This document shows positions 53,834 through 62,687 of a stretch of DNA of 64,000 nt, piece by piece. Positions within the stretch are counted from its first letter, which is position 1. Each line of letters begins with the position of its first letter. This DNA comes from Kiritimatiellia bacterium (lineage in GTDB: Bacteria; Verrucomicrobiota; Kiritimatiellia; JAKQHR01). Below the pieces are notes generated by a model that was not told the DNA's origin, searched no databases, and was given only the letters and a program-made list of their open reading frames with translations. Location of the stretch: contig JBFXGK010000004.1 in the NCBI GenBank assembly GCA_050178035.1, positions 3,009 through 67,008 on the forward strand, read 5' to 3'. The translations under genes were made by a program, and so were the position numbers.

Positions 53834-53977
53834 CGGCCAATTAAAAGAAACACTTAAGGTAGGGCGGCCACCCTGTCAGGCCGAAGCATTGGCGAAGGCT
53901 GATCCGTGACCGCCGCGGCGCGCACGGAGTGCGCGCCCTACCCATCAATGCAAACGGTTACTATTTAATTGATCGGG
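53834..53977. repeat. nested inverted-repeat element (AT-rich outer arms, GC-rich 85-nt core)
   Basis: Outer arms CCGGCCAATTAAA (53834-46) and TTTAATTGATCGG (53965-77). Inner perfect 9-bp arms GGTAGGGCG (53859-67) and CGCCCTACC (53935-43). Internal hairpin GCGCGCAC-GGA-GTGCGCGC (53919-37). Confidence 0.75.
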
Positions 53978-54088
53978 TAATAACATTTTATGAAGCCCGC
54001 GAAATAAACACCGGAACGTATTTTTGCAGGCCCAGTCCCCTGACCGGGCAAATTCCGCCGGGACCCGCCTTCAGTTCAAAGACCTTAA

Positions 54089-55204
54089 TTACTCTGCCGC
54101 ACTCATAATACGAATGATTGAGTGGCGGACGAGATTCAAACGGCCCGGGGTTGAAGCATGTATGATCACACGCACTTCGCCGGTGTAAAAAGGATTTAGC
54201 GGAATACTTCCTGTGTAAATCCCGGATTCCTGTCTCTCCAGGCTGATTTGTTTTACGGCTCCGCGACCGCCCGGGCCGAATCCTTTTTGTACCAGTTGAG
54301 CGGTTACCTTTGTTCGGGAATCATTTTCATCAAGATCAACATCCTGAACCGATACGTAAAAAGTCTCATCATTGTAAAATTCCGTTACATCCTGATCCCC
54401 TTGAGGATCATTCGAGAAGCCGATTAAACAAATATAGGGAGAGCCTTCTGCGGCACCAGAAGGTTGATTCGCATAAAGAGCCGCAATCTCCTGCGCCGTC
54501 AAAATCCGATTATAGATCCGGACCTCATCCAGCATTCCGTCATAGGTATCAATCAGGCCATTTCTGCCCCCAAGAACCAGTGAGGCCAACGGATCATCAA
54601 CCGCAATATGTGTCCCAACACGGTCTGCACCCGCATAGACCATCCCCGCACTGCTTCCGTCTATGTAAATCCTTGTGCTCATCGAACTCGGTGATATGTC
54701 GTAGGTCGCACAGAGAGAATGCCACATACCGTCGTTTAACTGCACTGCATCATCCGTATAAGCCTCCACCTGTTCTGAGGGCCAATTGGCATATACGCTG
54801 CTGACAAGCCTCCCGGGGTCCGTCAAGGTATCTATCTTCCATCCACGATCTGATGTCGTATGCGGAATTTTCGCTATCAGATAAGTGTTGGGTACCGCGG
54901 AGGTCGATATGTTGAACCAAAGCGAAACAGTCATCTGCGTCAGCACGCCCGTCAGTCCCAACACATTTCCAACAGTAATATAAGTGTTCCTGTTGAAGGC
55001 GAATGCATTCCCGTCAATCCCATTGGTCGTGATGACACTGCCGAATACAACGCCCGTATATGCGTTTGCACTCTCATCATAAACATTCGACCCGGAAATT
55101 GAATCAAATGTGTAGTGAAGCTGGAGACCATCAGACAGATCGGCACGGACCGAAACGAGGCTGGCGAAAACCAGGCAAAAGACAATGCAAGAAATGCTTT
55201 TCAT
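54089..55204 (-). CDS. secreted LamG (concanavalin-A-like lectin/glucanase) domain protein with C-terminal beta-rich domain
   Basis: Signal peptide MKSISCIVFCLVFASLVSVRA. LamG_3-style LQLHYTFD...NAFAFN...SLWFN...DGMWHSL...LDEVRIYNRILT. AAAGAGGAG Shine-Dalgarno. Low GC. Confidence 0.75.
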   Translation of the reverse strand: MKSISCIVFCLVFASLVSVRADLSDGLQLHYTFDSISGSNVYDESANAYTGVVFGSVITTNGIDGNAFAFNRNTYITVGNVLGLTGVLTQMTVSLWFNISTSAVPNTYLIAKIPHTTSDRGWKIDTLTDPGRLVSSVYANWPSEQVEAYTDDAVQLNDGMWHSLCATYDISPSSMSTRIYIDGSSAGMVYAGADRVGTHIAVDDPLASLVLGGRNGLIDTYDGMLDEVRIYNRILTAQEIAALYANQPSGAAEGSPYICLIGFSNDPQGDQDVTEFYNDETFYVSVQDVDLDENDSRTKVTAQLVQKGFGPGGRGAVKQISLERQESGIYTGSIPLNPFYTGEVRVIIHASTPGRLNLVRHSIIRIMSAAE

Positions 55205-55414
55205 AATATGCTCCTCTTTTGAAGAAATTTGATCAAATATAGTCATATATGTAAAGCTATTTATGTCAAAATATCTTCCAGATGATCCTCGTTCACGCCT
55301 CTGTCACAGCTGGCGTTGACACTGCGCAGGCTAACAGGTACTTTATGTCCCTATGAGCACAACAAAAAAGCGCATTCTGGTCACAGACAGGGCTGATTCT
55401 ATCTGACCACGCCA

Positions 55415-56368
55415 ATGAATGAGACTACGTTCAGGAGAATCCTTGTAACCGGGGCAACAGGTTTTCTCGGGCACCATATTGTCCCTGTTCTTCAGCAGGC
55501 CTTCGATGCCAACTTCTTTACGGTGGGCAGCAAAGACTATGATTTGCTGAAACCCGGCATCCCGGAAATAATGATGAAGGAAACAAACCCCGACTGCGTG
55601 GTTCACCTCGCGGCTAAATCGGGGGGCATCATTGACAACAAGGCCAGACCCGCTGATTACTTTTTCCAGAATCTGGCCATGAATCTGCATACGTTCGAGG
55701 CCGCCTTCCGGCATGGGGTGAAGAAATATTTGACGCTCATGGGCGGCTGCTCCTATCCCTCAAACGCCACATCCCCCATTGATGAGGGACAAATGTGGAA
55801 CGGGCTTCCTCAGATCGAAAGTGCCGGATATTCGATTGCCAAGAAAATGAACCTCACGCAGTCATGGGCTTACCGCGTACAACACGGATTCAACTCCGTC
55901 GTTCTAATCCCGGGCAATGTCTATGGTGAGTGGGACAATTTCAATCTGACCCAGTCGCATGTCATTCCAGCGCTGATCCGGAAATACCTCGAAGCAGAAG
56001 AACGCGGAGACCCGGAGATCGTTGCCTTGGGGACAGGAAAACCCACCCGCGATTTCGTTTATGCCGGCGATGTGGCCGCCACCATCCCCTGGTTTTTGAA
56101 AAATTACAACAGCAGCGATCCGGTCAACATATCCGCCGGACGCCGCATTTCCATTAGGGAACTGGCGGAGACCATCAAGAAGGTCACGGCCTTCCGCGGT
56201 AAAATTGTATGGGACTCCTCAAAACCGGACGGGCAGATGGACAAAATCTTTGATGTGGATCGATTGCACAGCCTCGGCCTGTCCTGCGACACATCTCTTG
56301 AGGACGGCCTCTGCCGCACAACGAAATGGTTTATCAAAGCCCGTAAAGAAGGAACGGTGCGCCTCTAA
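55415..56368 (+). CDS. fcl: GDP-L-fucose synthase (GDP-4-keto-6-deoxymannose 3,5-epimerase/4-reductase)
   Basis: ILVTGATGFLG, YSIAKKM, IPGNVYGEWDNFNLTQSHVIPALIRK, GTGKPTRDFVYAGDVA. Confidence 0.8.
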   Translation: MNETTFRRILVTGATGFLGHHIVPVLQQAFDANFFTVGSKDYDLLKPGIPEIMMKETNPDCVVHLAAKSGGIIDNKARPADYFFQNLAMNLHTFEAAFRHGVKKYLTLMGGCSYPSNATSPIDEGQMWNGLPQIESAGYSIAKKMNLTQSWAYRVQHGFNSVVLIPGNVYGEWDNFNLTQSHVIPALIRKYLEAEERGDPEIVALGTGKPTRDFVYAGDVAATIPWFLKNYNSSDPVNISAGRRISIRELAETIKKVTAFRGKIVWDSSKPDGQMDKIFDVDRLHSLGLSCDTSLEDGLCRTTKWFIKARKEGTVRL

Positions 56369-56910
56369 TGAAATCTAAAGCTGAAGTCATACGAGATGAG
56401 CTCACAGGACTGCATGTTCTTGATATTGGAGGCAGTGGTTTTGGAGAAGACAATGCCTATGAACGGCAACTTCGAGATGCCTGGAAAGTTACAGCATCTC
56501 GCACAACCGTTGACCAATCAGATCGGGCCGATATCCGCACAGATTTGAACAAAGGATTGCCAGATCTAGGCAATCGCAAGTGGGACATTACAACTGCGTT
56601 TGATATTCTGGAGCACTTGGAAAATCCTTGTTCCCTGCTGCGAACTCTGCCAACCAATCGCCTGCTGGTCAGTCTCCCCAACGTTTTGTCTCCGTTTTGT
56701 CGCAGAATCGAACGCAAAGACATGCTTCATTTGTATAGTTTTACCGACTACACAGCCTCCACTTTGCTGAAAAGCGCCGGGTGGGAAATTGAACAGCTAT
56801 ACTACACATTCGGGAAATGGTCTCTTGTTAGCCGTTGCATAAACCTGATCGGTTCAATGATCCCCGTTTATACAGGAACAGGCATCATGATTCACTGCAC
56901 CCGCAAATGA
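56368..56910 (+). CDS. class I SAM-dependent methyltransferase
   Basis: VLDIGGSGFG motif I, AFDILEHLENP. Low GC. 1-nt overlap with the fcl stop. Confidence 0.7.
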   Translation: MKSKAEVIRDELTGLHVLDIGGSGFGEDNAYERQLRDAWKVTASRTTVDQSDRADIRTDLNKGLPDLGNRKWDITTAFDILEHLENPCSLLRTLPTNRLLVSLPNVLSPFCRRIERKDMLHLYSFTDYTASTLLKSAGWEIEQLYYTFGKWSLVSRCINLIGSMIPVYTGTGIMIHCTRK

Positions 56911-57704
56911 AAACCTGTCTGGTCACAGGCGCTAAAGGCTTCATCGGTTCGGCCATTGTTGCAGAGGCCGAACGCATGGGAGTTGAAGTCATTGCCGTTG
57001 ATCTCGACAACTATGAACAGGTCCGCGGCGCAAAGGCGGATATCCTGATCAATGCCGCAGGCAATTCGCGCAAGTTTATAGATGAACAGGACCCGACGCG
57101 CGGCTTCGAGCTTTCGGTCGCCTCCGTCATGCGCATTATGCTTGATTTCAAGTTCGGCCTTTTTGTGCATCTTTCGAGCGGCGCGATATATTCCAATGAA
57201 GGGAACCCGGCACTGAATACTGAGGTCACCGAACTCATGCCCTTGCAAATGACCCGTTACGGATTTCACAAGTGGCTTGCCGAGCAGATCGTCAGGCATT
57301 ATGCCCCGAAGCATCTCATCATACGCATGGGCGGATTTGTGGGCCCCGGCCTCAAAAAGAATGCCGTCTTTGACATTTTGACTGGAGGGCAGCTTTTTGT
57401 TCACCCCGATTCCGAGTTCCAATATATGGACACGCGCGATCTTGCAAGGCTTGTATTTGAACTGGCCGGGGGAGCAGCCGGAAACGAAACGATGTTCAAT
57501 CTCTCAGCCACGGGCACCGTCTCCGTTCGCAGGATTGCCGAATGGGCCGGATACAAGCTTGGACGCGATCCTCTGGGCTGCCCGACCGTCCGGGCGGAAC
57601 TGAATGTTGAAAAGGCCGGCCGTGTAGTTTCCCTCCCTGAAACCGGCGAGACTGTCCGTAAATTCATTGAGGAAGTCCAAAGCGGAAAGGTGAAACTGAA
57701 ATGA
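56907..57704 (+). CDS. NAD-dependent epimerase/dehydratase family protein
   Basis: MKTCLVTGAKGFIGSAI, YGFHKWLAE (YxxxK). ATGA overlap with the upstream gene. Confidence 0.75.
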   Translation: MKTCLVTGAKGFIGSAIVAEAERMGVEVIAVDLDNYEQVRGAKADILINAAGNSRKFIDEQDPTRGFELSVASVMRIMLDFKFGLFVHLSSGAIYSNEGNPALNTEVTELMPLQMTRYGFHKWLAEQIVRHYAPKHLIIRMGGFVGPGLKKNAVFDILTGGQLFVHPDSEFQYMDTRDLARLVFELAGGAAGNETMFNLSATGTVSVRRIAEWAGYKLGRDPLGCPTVRAELNVEKAGRVVSLPETGETVRKFIEEVQSGKVKLK

Positions 57705-58687
57705 TCATCTCGCGCACCCCTTTCAGAATCAGCTTCTTCGGCGGCGGAACGGACTTCCCGGGCTATTTCGCTCAGCACGGCGGGGCCGTTATTTCGGTCA
57801 GCATTGACAAGTATTGCTATCTCTCGGTTCACCATCTGACCAAATTCTTCAAGCATAACTATCGCGCCAGCTACTCCAAAACCGAATCCGTCATGAAGCC
57901 GGAGGAATTCGAGCATCCCCTGATCCGCGAAACACTTCTGCACCTCGGGATCAAAGAGGGGGTTGAAATTTCGCATGTGGCCGACCTGCCCGGACAGACC
58001 GGCCTGGGTTCATCGTCCTCGTTCACGGTCGGTCTGTTAAATTCACTCTGCGCCTTCACAAAAAAGCGCATTACACCCGAATGGCTGGCGCGTGCGGCCA
58101 TTGAAATCGAACGCGATCGCGTGAAGGATGCCGGAGGCTGGCAGGACCAGTATGCCGCGGCCTACGGTGGTTTCAACCGCATCAATTTCCACAAAGACCG
58201 CGAGGTGACGGTCCAGACTATCGGCATAGCGCCTGAAGCGCTGTTCCGACTGGAATCCTCGCTGATGCTCTTCTATTTCGGTTCAGAATGCTCCGCGGAA
58301 AAGATCCTTCGCGAGCAGATATCCCGGACAGCAGACAACACGGACCGGCTTTCAAAAATGCGCCAGATCGTGGATCACGCGGAGGACATCCTGCAGAACG
58401 GGAAGCATCTGGACGAATTCGGAAAACTTCTGCACGATACTTGGCTCCAGAAAAAGGAACTCTCATCAGGCATCAGCAATCCGGATATTGACCAGGCCTA
58501 TGAGTCCGCGCGCAAGGCCGGCGCCATTGGCGGGAAACTGCTGGGGGCCGGCGGACGCGGATTCCTTTGTTTGTATGCTCCATCGGAAAAACATGCCGCC
58601 ATCCGCGAGAAACTGAAGACTCTCAAAGAGGTTACATTCCATTTCAGCGAGGTCGGCAGCCAGATCATCTTCAACAGCGATGAGTAA
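57701..58687 (+). CDS. GHMP-family sugar kinase (HddA-like D-glycero-D-manno-heptose-7-phosphate kinase, or a fucokinase-like alternative)
   Basis: MIISRTPFRISFFGGGTD N-terminus, GHMP motif PGQTGLGSSSSFTVGL, C-terminal GGKLLGAGGRGFL. Confidence 0.75.
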   Translation: MIISRTPFRISFFGGGTDFPGYFAQHGGAVISVSIDKYCYLSVHHLTKFFKHNYRASYSKTESVMKPEEFEHPLIRETLLHLGIKEGVEISHVADLPGQTGLGSSSSFTVGLLNSLCAFTKKRITPEWLARAAIEIERDRVKDAGGWQDQYAAAYGGFNRINFHKDREVTVQTIGIAPEALFRLESSLMLFYFGSECSAEKILREQISRTADNTDRLSKMRQIVDHAEDILQNGKHLDEFGKLLHDTWLQKKELSSGISNPDIDQAYESARKAGAIGGKLLGAGGRGFLCLYAPSEKHAAIREKLKTLKEVTFHFSEVGSQIIFNSDE

Positions 58688-59876
58688 CAAAAGGCCCAGC
58701 ATTGCACTCTGGTTCAGGTACGGAGCCGCTGAACACAGCGAACTGTTCCATGCCCTGCCCGGCTGCATCCGCGAACTGTCAAAGCACTGCGAAGTGCATT
58801 ATTTCGGTCTTAAAACCCGGAAAACGATCCCGAACGAAATCCGGGAACATGCAATCATCCACGAGATGCCCTTTCGTGTGAACCGAGGCAGCAGCAGTGA
58901 CAAGATGGTGAAAACTATTTTGTGGATTTTATGCCTGCCGTTTGTCGGTATTTACTGCCGCGCCAAAGGAATGCGCGCTGTTTACATTGATGAAACGATC
59001 CCCTTCACCGCGCTCATCGCCCGCATCTTCGCCGGCCCCAATGTCGCGCTGACCGTGGCTGACTTTTTCGTGGATATCTATTTCACAGGTCCAGCGGACT
59101 TCATCGGCAAGGCCATCCGCAGACTCGACCTATGGTCATGGAAATTCGCCAGGCTCATTTTCACCCGCGCAAAAAGCACCAAGACATATCTTGCTTCGAA
59201 AGGCATTCGCCCGGAACACATCGTCCCTGTTTATGATCCCTGCGACATGAATGTCTATCGCCGGCTGAACCGGAACGAATGCAAGGCCGCCATGGGGTAC
59301 AAACCGGATGATATCGTGCTCGTGCATCACGGCATTCTTCATCCGAACAAGGGCAACGCCGCCATCATTCAGGCCATTTCTGAAATGCGAATCCGATATC
59401 CTTCGCTGCGTTATCTTCTAATTGGCGATGGACCCGAAATGAAGAATCTTACAACGCAGGTTGAGGAAATGAATGTGAAGGACATCTGCCGCCTTGCCGG
59501 ATGGCTCCCCTCGCCCGCGGATGTCAACCGTGCGCTGAATGCGGGGGACATTGGCCTCGTCATGCGGACAGGTGCGCAGTCTGATGATTTCCACATGACC
59601 GGCGCCCTCGTCCACAACATGGCTTGCGGTTTGCCAATCCTTGCGGCCCGATTGGGCGGCGTTTCGGAAGTGGTCGAGGAAAACCGGAACGGACTTCTTT
59701 TTGATCCCCGCAATATGGATGAATTCAAGCAGAAGCTGGCAAAATTTATTGAGGACGCGGAACTTCGCAACCATTGCGGACTTGAGGCGGAGAAGGATGC
59801 CCGCATACACTTTGATATGGACAGCGTAATCCGGCAGACCGTGGAACCGCTCGCAAAACTTGCGGGAGCAATATGA
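58680..59876 (+). CDS. glycosyltransferase family 4 (GT-B)
   Basis: C-terminal donor-binding region ACGLPILAARLGGVSEVVEENRNGLLFDP. 398 aa. Confidence 0.8.
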   Translation: MSNKRPSIALWFRYGAAEHSELFHALPGCIRELSKHCEVHYFGLKTRKTIPNEIREHAIIHEMPFRVNRGSSSDKMVKTILWILCLPFVGIYCRAKGMRAVYIDETIPFTALIARIFAGPNVALTVADFFVDIYFTGPADFIGKAIRRLDLWSWKFARLIFTRAKSTKTYLASKGIRPEHIVPVYDPCDMNVYRRLNRNECKAAMGYKPDDIVLVHHGILHPNKGNAAIIQAISEMRIRYPSLRYLLIGDGPEMKNLTTQVEEMNVKDICRLAGWLPSPADVNRALNAGDIGLVMRTGAQSDDFHMTGALVHNMACGLPILAARLGGVSEVVEENRNGLLFDPRNMDEFKQKLAKFIEDAELRNHCGLEAEKDARIHFDMDSVIRQTVEPLAKLAGAI

Positions 59877-60634
59877 GCAAAGGCATTCAGGCCATTCTGC
59901 TGGTCGGCGGCACAGGAACGCGGATACAGGCCGTGCATTCCGACCGGCCCAAGGGGCTGGTTCCCGTGGCGGGAAAACCGTTTCTTCAGTGGCAGGTGGA
60001 ATGGCTGACCTCACAGGGCATTTGCGATATTCACCTCGCAGCCGGACATCTCGGCGAACAACTTGTGCAGTGGGGCACAGATTACAGCACGTCACATCCG
60101 GGCATCCGGATCACCGCAAGCGTCGAACCGGAACGGCTGGGCACCGGCGGCGGCTTGAAATACATCGAGAACCAAATCCGTTCCGATCCGTTTCTGGTTT
60201 TGAACGGCGACAGCCTTGCGCCGAACCTGAAGTTCCAATCATTGGAAGTTTTTCACAAAAAAGTTCCAACCATTGGAAGTTTTTCGCCGAAAAGTTCCAA
60301 TCATTGGAAGTTTTCGATCGCGGTCACGCAGATCGAGGAATCTGGCCGCTACGGAACGGTTGAGTTCAACAAGGACGGGCTTGTCACAGCCTTCCGCGAA
60401 AAGGCGCAGCGCAATGCCGGCTGGATCAACGCCGGCGTTTATATGGTGGACCGCGGCATTCTCAGCCTTCTGGAACCTGGCCGCACATGCTCTTTGGAAA
60501 CCGAACTGTTTCCAAATCTTTGCGCAGACGGCAAACTGGCGGCATTCCCCTGCCCGGCCCCGCTGTTGGACATGGGTACACCAAACGGATTGAAAGTCAT
60601 GGAGGCTTTTCTCCATGGGCCCAAAACAATCTAG
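59873..60634 (+). CDS. sugar-1-phosphate nucleotidyltransferase (HddC-like guanylyltransferase) carrying an in-frame repeat insertion
   Basis: AILLVGGTGTRIQ, KGLVPVAGKPFL, EPERLGTGGGL, LVLNGDS, ESGRYGTVEF, INAGVYM. Residues KFQSLEVFHKKVPTIGSFSPKSSNHWKFS are encoded by the 3 x 31 bp repeat. Confidence 0.8.
   Translation: MSKGIQAILLVGGTGTRIQAVHSDRPKGLVPVAGKPFLQWQVEWLTSQGICDIHLAAGHLGEQLVQWGTDYSTSHPGIRITASVEPERLGTGGGLKYIENQIRSDPFLVLNGDSLAPNLKFQSLEVFHKKVPTIGSFSPKSSNHWKFSIAVTQIEESGRYGTVEFNKDGLVTAFREKAQRNAGWINAGVYMVDRGILSLLEPGRTCSLETELFPNLCADGKLAAFPCPAPLLDMGTPNGLKVMEAFLHGPKTI
60229..60314. repeat. three tandem 31-bp palindromic units (same family as 3964-4050) inside a CDS
   Basis: Cores TTCCAATCATTGGAA, TTCCAACCATTGGAA and TTCCAATCATTGGAA start at 60233, 60264 and 60295 (31-bp period), each flanked by an A-run and a T-run. 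Confidence 0.9.
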
Positions 60635-60688
60635 GCTTGCCCGCGCGTTCTGTCATCTATACTGTGCCTTTTTCGCTGGAGAGTGTTT

Positions 60689-62668
60689 ATGAAAATTTTG
60701 ATATTTGGCGGCTTTGGATACATTGGACAAGGTCTTGCGGCACGGCTGGAAGCCCGCGGGCATGAGGTCTTCCAGTTCAAGCGCGGAGAGCCCGGTCGCG
60801 ACGGCCATACGATTTACGGCGATGCAGAAAAGTTGCTGGAGAATCCGCACTTCCCGGAAAGGGTGGATATCGTTATCAATCTGGCGGTCTTGCGCGAGGC
60901 GTCAGTCGAACGCAACATGGAGTTCTGCCGGAACATAATGGCTCTGTGCCGGAGACTTCAGGCATCCACCCTCGTCCACACATCTTCTTGCAGTGTTCTG
61001 GCTTTTTCTGAACGTGTAATTTCCGAATCCAGCGCTGTTTTGCATGACTGGCAGAACCGGCCTGATTATGCGGCAGTGAAAATCGCCACTGACGACCTGC
61101 TGCGGGACATGCCAGAAGGCGAACGAGGCGGCGTGAAGGTAGTCTTTGTACGGCCCGGTTTCGTGCTCGCTCCCGGAGCGGTCAATGTGCTGGTCGGACT
61201 CGCTTCGCGCCTGCCCGGAGGAATGGCGCTGGTCCTGGGAAATCCAAAGCAGGATCTCTATCTGATTACCCGCGACAAGGTTCAGGAGGTGCTTGCAGGT
61301 GTTCTGGACCAGAATGATCTCCATCACGGCAACACATTCCTCGCCGTCGCGGCCAACTGCCCGAAGCGGGGCGACTACATCAAGCACTGCTGCCGCAGTT
61401 TGGGCCAGGCGCGCTGGTGCCTGCGCATGGGAGCCTGGTTCTGGTATCCCGTGGCGGGACTCGCCGAAGGCCTTTCGCGCCTGCTGGGCAAGGGTTCGCC
61501 ACGAATATTCCAGCGCGTATCGCTGACCTTCCGCAAAATCCGGTACGATGTCTCCGAAACATCCAGAAAGCTTGGGGTGGATCTGAACATTGACTGGCAG
61601 AAGGCCGTGCGCAAAGCCTATGACCAGCAGACCCCCAACTACACCTTGCCCGTCTACAAGACAGAAGGATCGCTTGCCGGTATTTCCCGCATCCTGTTTA
61701 TCGGCTTCGGGGGAATTGTGCGCCAGAAGCACATACCCGCTCTTGAACAGCTGGGTTTCAAGGGAACAGTGGATGTCTTCGACCCCTATTTGAAGGAGAT
61801 GCCCAAGACCAGGTTGAACTGCCAGCGCATTGAAGATCCCAAAGTCAGCGAGGCCGATCTGGTGGTCGTCACCACGCCCGGCCCTCTTCATACGCAGGCC
61901 ATCGGACAGATTCCGCCGAAGGCGCGGATGGTGATGGTTGAAAAGCCCTTGGTTACCCGGCAGGAAGACTGGTCCGCGTGGGCCGATTTTGAGAAGTCCC
62001 GCGGATGTCCTGTTCTGGTTATGCACAATTACCGGCTGAAGAAAAATCTGCTCCGGTTCTGCAATCTGCTGCGCAAATACAACGGGGGCGAACTGCTGAG
62101 CTGCCGGGTGGTGTTTGACACCGGTGCCATTCGCGGCGACTCACTTCGCTGGCACCGGAATGAACGAGCATCGCGGACGCTGCTCTACGATTTTGGCCTT
62201 CATTCTCTTGACGCGGCGTGCATGCTGGGACAGGACTACCAGGGCTTGGAAAACATCCGGTCGAAAACCAACCAGTTGGGCGAAACCAGTGAAATCGCCG
62301 GCCAGTTTAAATTCTCAAACTATCCGGTCACATTTCATCTTCGGCAGACGCATGGGATCGTTCGGCGCCATGTCTACTTCGAGTTTGTAAATTTCACAAT
62401 CCGGGTCACATTTTATCCAGACTCAGTAACCCTCCTGGCGGGTGACGACATGATTTTGAACCGGTTTTACGAGTTCTGGGGCGAGACCATGAACACGCTC
62501 GGAGTAGTGTTCAGCAAATTGCGGGGAAAAGAACACGACCCGTCCCATGTCCGCATGTATCAGGAAGCGGCGCTGGCCTTGAGAAACCAGACTGCTTCCC
62601 CCTTCTCTATGCAGGCTCTGGAGTCAACATATCGGGTTTTGGGAGACATCGCGGCGGCGGTCTATTAA
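60689..62668 (+). CDS. fusion protein: extended-SDR epimerase/dehydratase N-half plus Gfo/Idh/MocA oxidoreductase C-half
   Basis: MKILIFGGFGYIGQGL Rossmann motif at the N-terminus. Second Rossmann ILFIGFGGIVRQKHIPAL plus VMVEKPL at about aa 335-430. GGAGAG Shine-Dalgarno before ATG 60689. Confidence 0.7.
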   Translation: MKILIFGGFGYIGQGLAARLEARGHEVFQFKRGEPGRDGHTIYGDAEKLLENPHFPERVDIVINLAVLREASVERNMEFCRNIMALCRRLQASTLVHTSSCSVLAFSERVISESSAVLHDWQNRPDYAAVKIATDDLLRDMPEGERGGVKVVFVRPGFVLAPGAVNVLVGLASRLPGGMALVLGNPKQDLYLITRDKVQEVLAGVLDQNDLHHGNTFLAVAANCPKRGDYIKHCCRSLGQARWCLRMGAWFWYPVAGLAEGLSRLLGKGSPRIFQRVSLTFRKIRYDVSETSRKLGVDLNIDWQKAVRKAYDQQTPNYTLPVYKTEGSLAGISRILFIGFGGIVRQKHIPALEQLGFKGTVDVFDPYLKEMPKTRLNCQRIEDPKVSEADLVVVTTPGPLHTQAIGQIPPKARMVMVEKPLVTRQEDWSAWADFEKSRGCPVLVMHNYRLKKNLLRFCNLLRKYNGGELLSCRVVFDTGAIRGDSLRWHRNERASRTLLYDFGLHSLDAACMLGQDYQGLENIRSKTNQLGETSEIAGQFKFSNYPVTFHLRQTHGIVRRHVYFEFVNFTIRVTFYPDSVTLLAGDDMILNRFYEFWGETMNTLGVVFSKLRGKEHDPSHVRMYQEAALALRNQTASPFSMQALESTYRVLGDIAAAVY

Positions 62669-62687
62669 AGCGGTTCGCAGCAATATT

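Noticed and set aside
53859-53944. tRNA-like candidate (7-bp terminal pairing GGTAGGG / CCCTACC, about 86 nt).
   Set aside because: There is no T-loop (GTTCRANYC) or D-arm geometry. The only internal hairpin has a 3-nt loop. The cloverleaf cannot be drawn.
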